A DNA stretch of 32,940 nucleotides, taken from NCBI GenBank assembly GCA_004282995.1, contig SHLU01000001.1:1-32940 (forward strand), written 5' to 3'. The translations under genes were made by a program, and so were the position numbers. How positions within the stretch are numbered: the first letter of the stretch is position 1; each line of letters starts with the position of its first letter. Below, one piece after another: positions 29,268-32,940 of the stretch. The notes below the pieces were generated by a model, which saw only the letters and a program-made list of their open reading frames with translations, made no database searches and was not told where the DNA came from. Source of the stretch: Sphingomonadaceae bacterium. Lineage in GTDB: Bacteria > Pseudomonadota > Alphaproteobacteria > Sphingomonadales > Sphingomonadaceae.

Positions 29268-29296
29268 TTGACTTGAGCCCATTGTGCGCGCAGTCT
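29268..29296 (+). promoter_or_regulatory. Putative sigma70 promoter
   Basis: TTGACT-N17-CAGTCT, followed by AAGGAG (29305-29310) and ATG 29318. Confidence 0.4.
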
Positions 29297-29317
29297 CCCG
29301 CGCAAAGGAGAATCCCC

Positions 29318-30496
29318 ATGTCCGATCGTGAATTCGATATCATCGTCTATGGTGCCACCGGTTATACCGGACGCCTCGTTGCCGAGCATTTCGTACGCCA
29401 TTACGGCAGCCGGGAAGATGCGCCGAAATGGGCAATGGCGGGGCGCAGCCTCGACAAACTCGAAGCTGTCCGTGACGAGATCGGCGCGCCAGGCACAACG
29501 CCTCTGGTGGTTGCCGATGCTGATGATCCCGACAGCCTCGAGGCGATGTGCAGGCGGACCCGCGTGGTCCTGACCACAGTTGGGCCATACCAGCTCTATG
29601 GTGATGAACTGGTCGCCACCTGCGTAGCCACCGGCACCGACTATGCCGATCTGTGCGGCGAGCCTGGCTGGATGCGCGAGAAAATCGACCAGCACCACGA
29701 GATGGCCCAGACCAGTGGCGCGCGCATCTGCTTTTCCAGCGGGTTCGATTCAATCCCCTTCGACCTTGGTGTTTTCATGCTGCAAAAGGAAGCGCAGGAG
29801 CGTTTCGGCAAGCCGGCGACCCGCGTGAAGGGCCGTGTCCGCGCCATGCAGGGCACGTTCTCCGGCGGCACCGCGGCAAGCCTGACGGCGACGATGAAGT
29901 CGGTGGCCAAAAACCCCAAGCTGATCCCGATCCTGTCCAGCCCATTTGGCCTGACGCCCGGCTTCGAAGGCCCCAATCAACCAAGCGGACTGGTGCCCGA
30001 GCATGACGAGGATACCGGCAAATGGGCCGCGCCGTTTATCATGGCGACGATCAACACCAAGAACGTCCACCGTACCAATTTCCTGCTCGGCCATCCCTAT
30101 GGCGAGAACTTCAAATATGACGAAATGATGCTGACCAGCCCCGGCGATGCCGGCAAGGCCGCCGCCAATGCGGTTGCGGAGATGCTCAAGAACCCGTTCG
30201 GGGCCAAGCCGCCCAAGCCTGGCGAAGGTCCAAGCAAGGAAGAGCGAGAGAATGGCTTTTACGACATCCTGTTCATCGGCAAGACCGGGCACGATGGCGA
30301 GGAAATCCGCTACGGGGTAAAGGGCAAGTACGATCCCGGATACGGCTCGACCAGCCGGATGCTCGCCGAAACCGGCATGGCCCTGCTCGATAGCAAGGCC
30401 GAAGGCGGGGTCGGCACGCCCGGTTCATTCCTGGGCGAGGATCTGGTCAAGCGGCTGGAACAGAACGCCGAACTCACCTTTGCGGTCGAGAACTGA
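29318..30496 (+). CDS. Saccharopine dehydrogenase-like oxidoreductase (trans-acting enoyl reductase family)
   Basis: YGATGYTG, AGRS..KL, TVGPY..YG, YADLCGE, GFDSIPFDLG, SGGT, DPGYGST; strong RBS. Confidence 0.9.
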   Translation: MSDREFDIIVYGATGYTGRLVAEHFVRHYGSREDAPKWAMAGRSLDKLEAVRDEIGAPGTTPLVVADADDPDSLEAMCRRTRVVLTTVGPYQLYGDELVATCVATGTDYADLCGEPGWMREKIDQHHEMAQTSGARICFSSGFDSIPFDLGVFMLQKEAQERFGKPATRVKGRVRAMQGTFSGGTAASLTATMKSVAKNPKLIPILSSPFGLTPGFEGPNQPSGLVPEHDEDTGKWAAPFIMATINTKNVHRTNFLLGHPYGENFKYDEMMLTSPGDAGKAAANAVAEMLKNPFGAKPPKPGEGPSKEERENGFYDILFIGKTGHDGEEIRYGVKGKYDPGYGSTSRMLAETGMALLDSKAEGGVGTPGSFLGEDLVKRLEQNAELTFAVEN

Positions 30497-30505
30497 TGCT
30501 CGAAA

Positions 30506-30531
30506 CGGGCGCCGGCCATCACCGGCGCCCG
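30506..30531. terminator. GC-rich hairpin between convergent genes (probable terminator)
   Basis: CGGGCGCCGG-N6-CCGGCGCCCG, a perfect 10-bp stem; short T tract on the minus strand only. Confidence 0.7.
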
Positions 30532-30538
30532 CCAGAGA

Positions 30539-32701
30539 CTATAGGCTGAACCGGACGCTGGCCTGGATATTGCGCCCGGCCAACGGCACGTAGTCCTTGG
30601 TGAAACTGGCATGGCGCCGACCGTCGACGTCAAAAATGTTTTCCGCCTTGAGCAACACGGTGACATTCTCGTTGCCGCGCAGAGGGCGCCACGCGATCGA
30701 GGCGTTGACCAACGTGAAGCCATCAGTCCCGGTTTCGAACGGTGCAGTCTTGGCTTGTCCGTCGAACCACTGCACTTCGCCACGAATGTTGAAGGTATCG
30801 AAATCAGCATCGAGCGCGCCCAGCAGGCTGAGCGGCGGGATGCGCGGCAGCGGTGTGCCATCATCGAGCTTGGCCTCGATATACTCGCCCCGCACATCGG
30901 CTACCAATCGCATCGGGCCGCTATCGATCAGCGGAAACTTCACTTCGCCTTCAAGGCCCCAATAGGTGGCATCGTCCTGCCGATAGAGAAATACTGGCAG
31001 GTCATCCTGTTCAAGGCCCGTCGCGGTTAGATAGATGTAATCGTCGAACCAGTTGCGGAAGGCGGCGATACTGACATCGGCCGCACCCAGCTTCCCGCGC
31101 AGGAATGCCTCGACCCCCCAGGCGCTTTCGGTGCCCAGGTTGGGGTCGCCGATCTCGAAGGCCTGGGTGGCGATATGCGGCCCGTTCGATAGCAGCTCTT
31201 CCGCGCTCGGCGCACGTTCGGCGCGGTTGGCGTTGATGCCGAAACGCAGTCCGTTTTCGGTTTCACGCGCCAGGCTGATCGCGCCAGACAGTGTGTTGAA
31301 ATTGCGATCGAAGCCGCTTGGCGTGGAATCGATACCGGTATTTTCGAACCGGCCGGCCAGTTCTAGCTGCATCCCGCCGAAATCAACTTCCTGCAGGCTG
31401 AACAGCGCCAGTTGTTCGGTGCGGTTCTTGGGCACATAGGCTTCCGCCCCGAAGGCATCGAAATCGCGGAAATAATACTGGATGCCAGTGCCCCCGCCCC
31501 AGCCGCCGCGGCGGTGCTGGTTGAATTCGGCGCGTGCCTCGAGCCCTTGTACCTCGAACACGGTGCCGACTTCGCTGCCTTCGAATTCGGTATGGGTATA
31601 ATCGCTGAAGCCTACCCGCGTAACGAAGGTGTCGAGGAACCCGTCACCGAGGTCGAGCTCTCCGCGCAGGTCGGTGCGGAACTGGCGCAGGTCGATGCTG
31701 ACAAATTCTGCGCCCTCATCTTCGCCTTCTTCCTCGCTGTGATGGCCACCGGCACCCGGACGACTCGGCACACCATAGCGCGTGTCGTACCAACCGACCG
31801 CGACGCCCAGGCTGCTGTCACCAGAGAAAAAGGTGATTCCGCTATTGGCGGTCCAGGTTTCGGTCGCGGTATTCGGCACCGCGCCGCGCTGGTTCGCCGC
31901 CTCGCGCAGTTCGGCAGCCTCGTCCAACTCACCTTCACCCTCTTCCTCCGCCGCCTGGTCGAGCAAGTCTTGGCGCAATCGTGAGCCCACTTGGAAGCTG
32001 GAAATCTCTAGATCATTCGTGTTCCGATACGAACCGTCGACATGGAAGGCGAAGCTTTGCCCCAGCGGCAGATCGAGCGACAAGCCGGCCTCGCGTGTGT
32101 CGAGCGCAGTATCGGCGCGCACCAGCCCGTCGAGGTGGAATGGTTCTTCCAATTGTCGGCGCGGAATACGCTTGTCGATGATATTGACGGCCCCGCCGAT
32201 AGCCTGGCTTCCGAAGAGCAGCACAGCCGGGCCGCGCAGCACTTCGATGCTTTCGGCGGTCAGCGGATCGATGGTGACGGCGTGATCGACCGAGGTATTG
32301 GAGACATCGATTGCGCCCAACCCGTCGACCAGAACGCGCACGCGCTCGCCAGAGAAGCCGCGCAGGACCGGCCGCGATGATCCGGGCGCGAAGCCGGTGG
32401 CGCTTACGCCGGGTAGCTTGACCAGCGTTTCGCCGATCGTGCCCTCGAGCGACCTTTGCAGCTCGAAACCCTCAACGATGGATGTGCCCGCGAGCACGTC
32501 GAGCTGGGTCAGCCCGGTTGCGGTTACGACGATTTCGGGCGGTCCATCACGCCGCCGATCATGAAAATCGTCATCGGATTGCTCGCGCGTAGCCGATCCC
32601 TGCTGTGGCCCGTCCTGGGCCGACACCGGGTTGGCGACGAGCATGGTAGCGATGACGACCGACGAAGCGGCAAGGGCGGGGACAAATGATTTAACAGACA
32701 T
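30539..32701 (-). CDS. TonB-dependent receptor, ZnuD-like metal uptake type
   Basis: Signal peptide, TonB box EIVVTA, plug motifs SRPVLRG and IEVLRGP..LLFGS.AIGG.VN, acidic/His loops, GPHIAT..FE.G, ENIFD, C-terminal beta strand. Confidence 0.92.
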   Translation of the reverse strand: MSVKSFVPALAASSVVIATMLVANPVSAQDGPQQGSATREQSDDDFHDRRRDGPPEIVVTATGLTQLDVLAGTSIVEGFELQRSLEGTIGETLVKLPGVSATGFAPGSSRPVLRGFSGERVRVLVDGLGAIDVSNTSVDHAVTIDPLTAESIEVLRGPAVLLFGSQAIGGAVNIIDKRIPRRQLEEPFHLDGLVRADTALDTREAGLSLDLPLGQSFAFHVDGSYRNTNDLEISSFQVGSRLRQDLLDQAAEEEGEGELDEAAELREAANQRGAVPNTATETWTANSGITFFSGDSSLGVAVGWYDTRYGVPSRPGAGGHHSEEEGEDEGAEFVSIDLRQFRTDLRGELDLGDGFLDTFVTRVGFSDYTHTEFEGSEVGTVFEVQGLEARAEFNQHRRGGWGGGTGIQYYFRDFDAFGAEAYVPKNRTEQLALFSLQEVDFGGMQLELAGRFENTGIDSTPSGFDRNFNTLSGAISLARETENGLRFGINANRAERAPSAEELLSNGPHIATQAFEIGDPNLGTESAWGVEAFLRGKLGAADVSIAAFRNWFDDYIYLTATGLEQDDLPVFLYRQDDATYWGLEGEVKFPLIDSGPMRLVADVRGEYIEAKLDDGTPLPRIPPLSLLGALDADFDTFNIRGEVQWFDGQAKTAPFETGTDGFTLVNASIAWRPLRGNENVTVLLKAENIFDVDGRRHASFTKDYVPLAGRNIQASVRFSL

Positions 32702-32768
32702 CGTGATTCTGGGTTTCCTGACAGAACTCGGCTGCCTCGTGCCCGGTCCAACCTGAACCAGAGCCGAA

Positions 32769-32790
32769 GATAATGATACGAAATATCATT
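32769..32790. promoter_or_regulatory. Fur-family (Zur/Fur-like) operator upstream of the TonB-dependent receptor
   Basis: AATGATA-CGAAA-TATCATT inverted repeat (32772-32790); GATAATGATACGAAATATC (32769-32787) matches the E. coli Fur consensus at 15/19; AT-rich patch about 70 nt upstream of the start codon. Confidence 0.7.
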
Positions 32791-32897
32791 CGTTGCAGCG
32801 CAGAAACAGTTATGCCGCCGCCATGCAAGCGAAATACCGCCAACAACGCCCTGTTGCGGGTGATTCGTTCGGATTCGCTATGATGGCTGGAAGAAAA

Positions 32898-32940
32898 TGG
32901 AGCGGGCGAGGCGATTCGAACGCCCGACCCCAACCTTGGC
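32898..32940 (-). tRNA. tRNA-Gly(GCC), 3' part (5' part lies beyond the window)
   Basis: Reverse complement GCC-AAGGTTG-GGGTC-GGGCG-TTCGAAT-CGCCT-CGCCCGC-TCCA: T arm, acceptor strand with U discriminator and CCA; GCC falls at the anticodon position. Confidence 0.9.

Noticed and set aside
29282-29311. Alternative hairpins sequestering the RBS of the saccharopine-dehydrogenase-like gene (TCTCC/GGAGA)
   Set aside because: Stems are only 5-7 bp, and the putative promoter at 29268-29296 would start transcription downstream of the anti-SD.
16276-32897. Integrative genomic island between tRNA-Leu and tRNA-Gly
   Set aside because: No integrase or transposase, no duplicated tRNA 3' end found by eye, no obvious compositional shift, and core genes (putA, dcd) lie inside.
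32691-32933. 80 aa minus-strand ORF upstream of the TonB-dependent receptor
   Set aside because: It starts inside tRNA-Gly, crosses the operator region and has no recognisable protein features.

Overview
GC-rich alphaproteobacterial chromosome segment; gene content and order suggest Sphingomonadales/Erythrobacteraceae (inference). The left half is mostly housekeeping: a class A PBP running off the left edge (absent from the ORF track), msrB, an FzlA-like GST, two small exported hypotheticals, a gabD-frmA-VOC-fghA aldehyde/formaldehyde operon, metXW, hisC-tyrC, ftsEX-ydcF-plsC, a ZitP-like zinc-finger protein and tRNA-Leu(GAG). After the tRNA comes an acyl-CoA metabolism cluster: an LvaA-LvaB-like kinase fusion coupled to an acyl-CoA dehydrogenase, a methylsuccinyl-CoA dehydrogenase-like gene, a DUF1295 membrane protein, and an operon of a dienoyl-CoA-reductase-like SDR with an AfsA-like double-hotdog protein. 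The rest is putA, an exported permuted-papain-like protein, dcd, another acyl-CoA dehydrogenase, a saccharopine-dehydrogenase-like reductase, a ZnuD-like TonB-dependent receptor with a Fur/Zur-type operator, and the 3' part of tRNA-Gly(GCC). No integrase, transposase, CRISPR array or att duplication was seen. The best novelty candidate is the 16.4-23.5 kb cluster. All family calls come from motif recognition by eye, not database searches.
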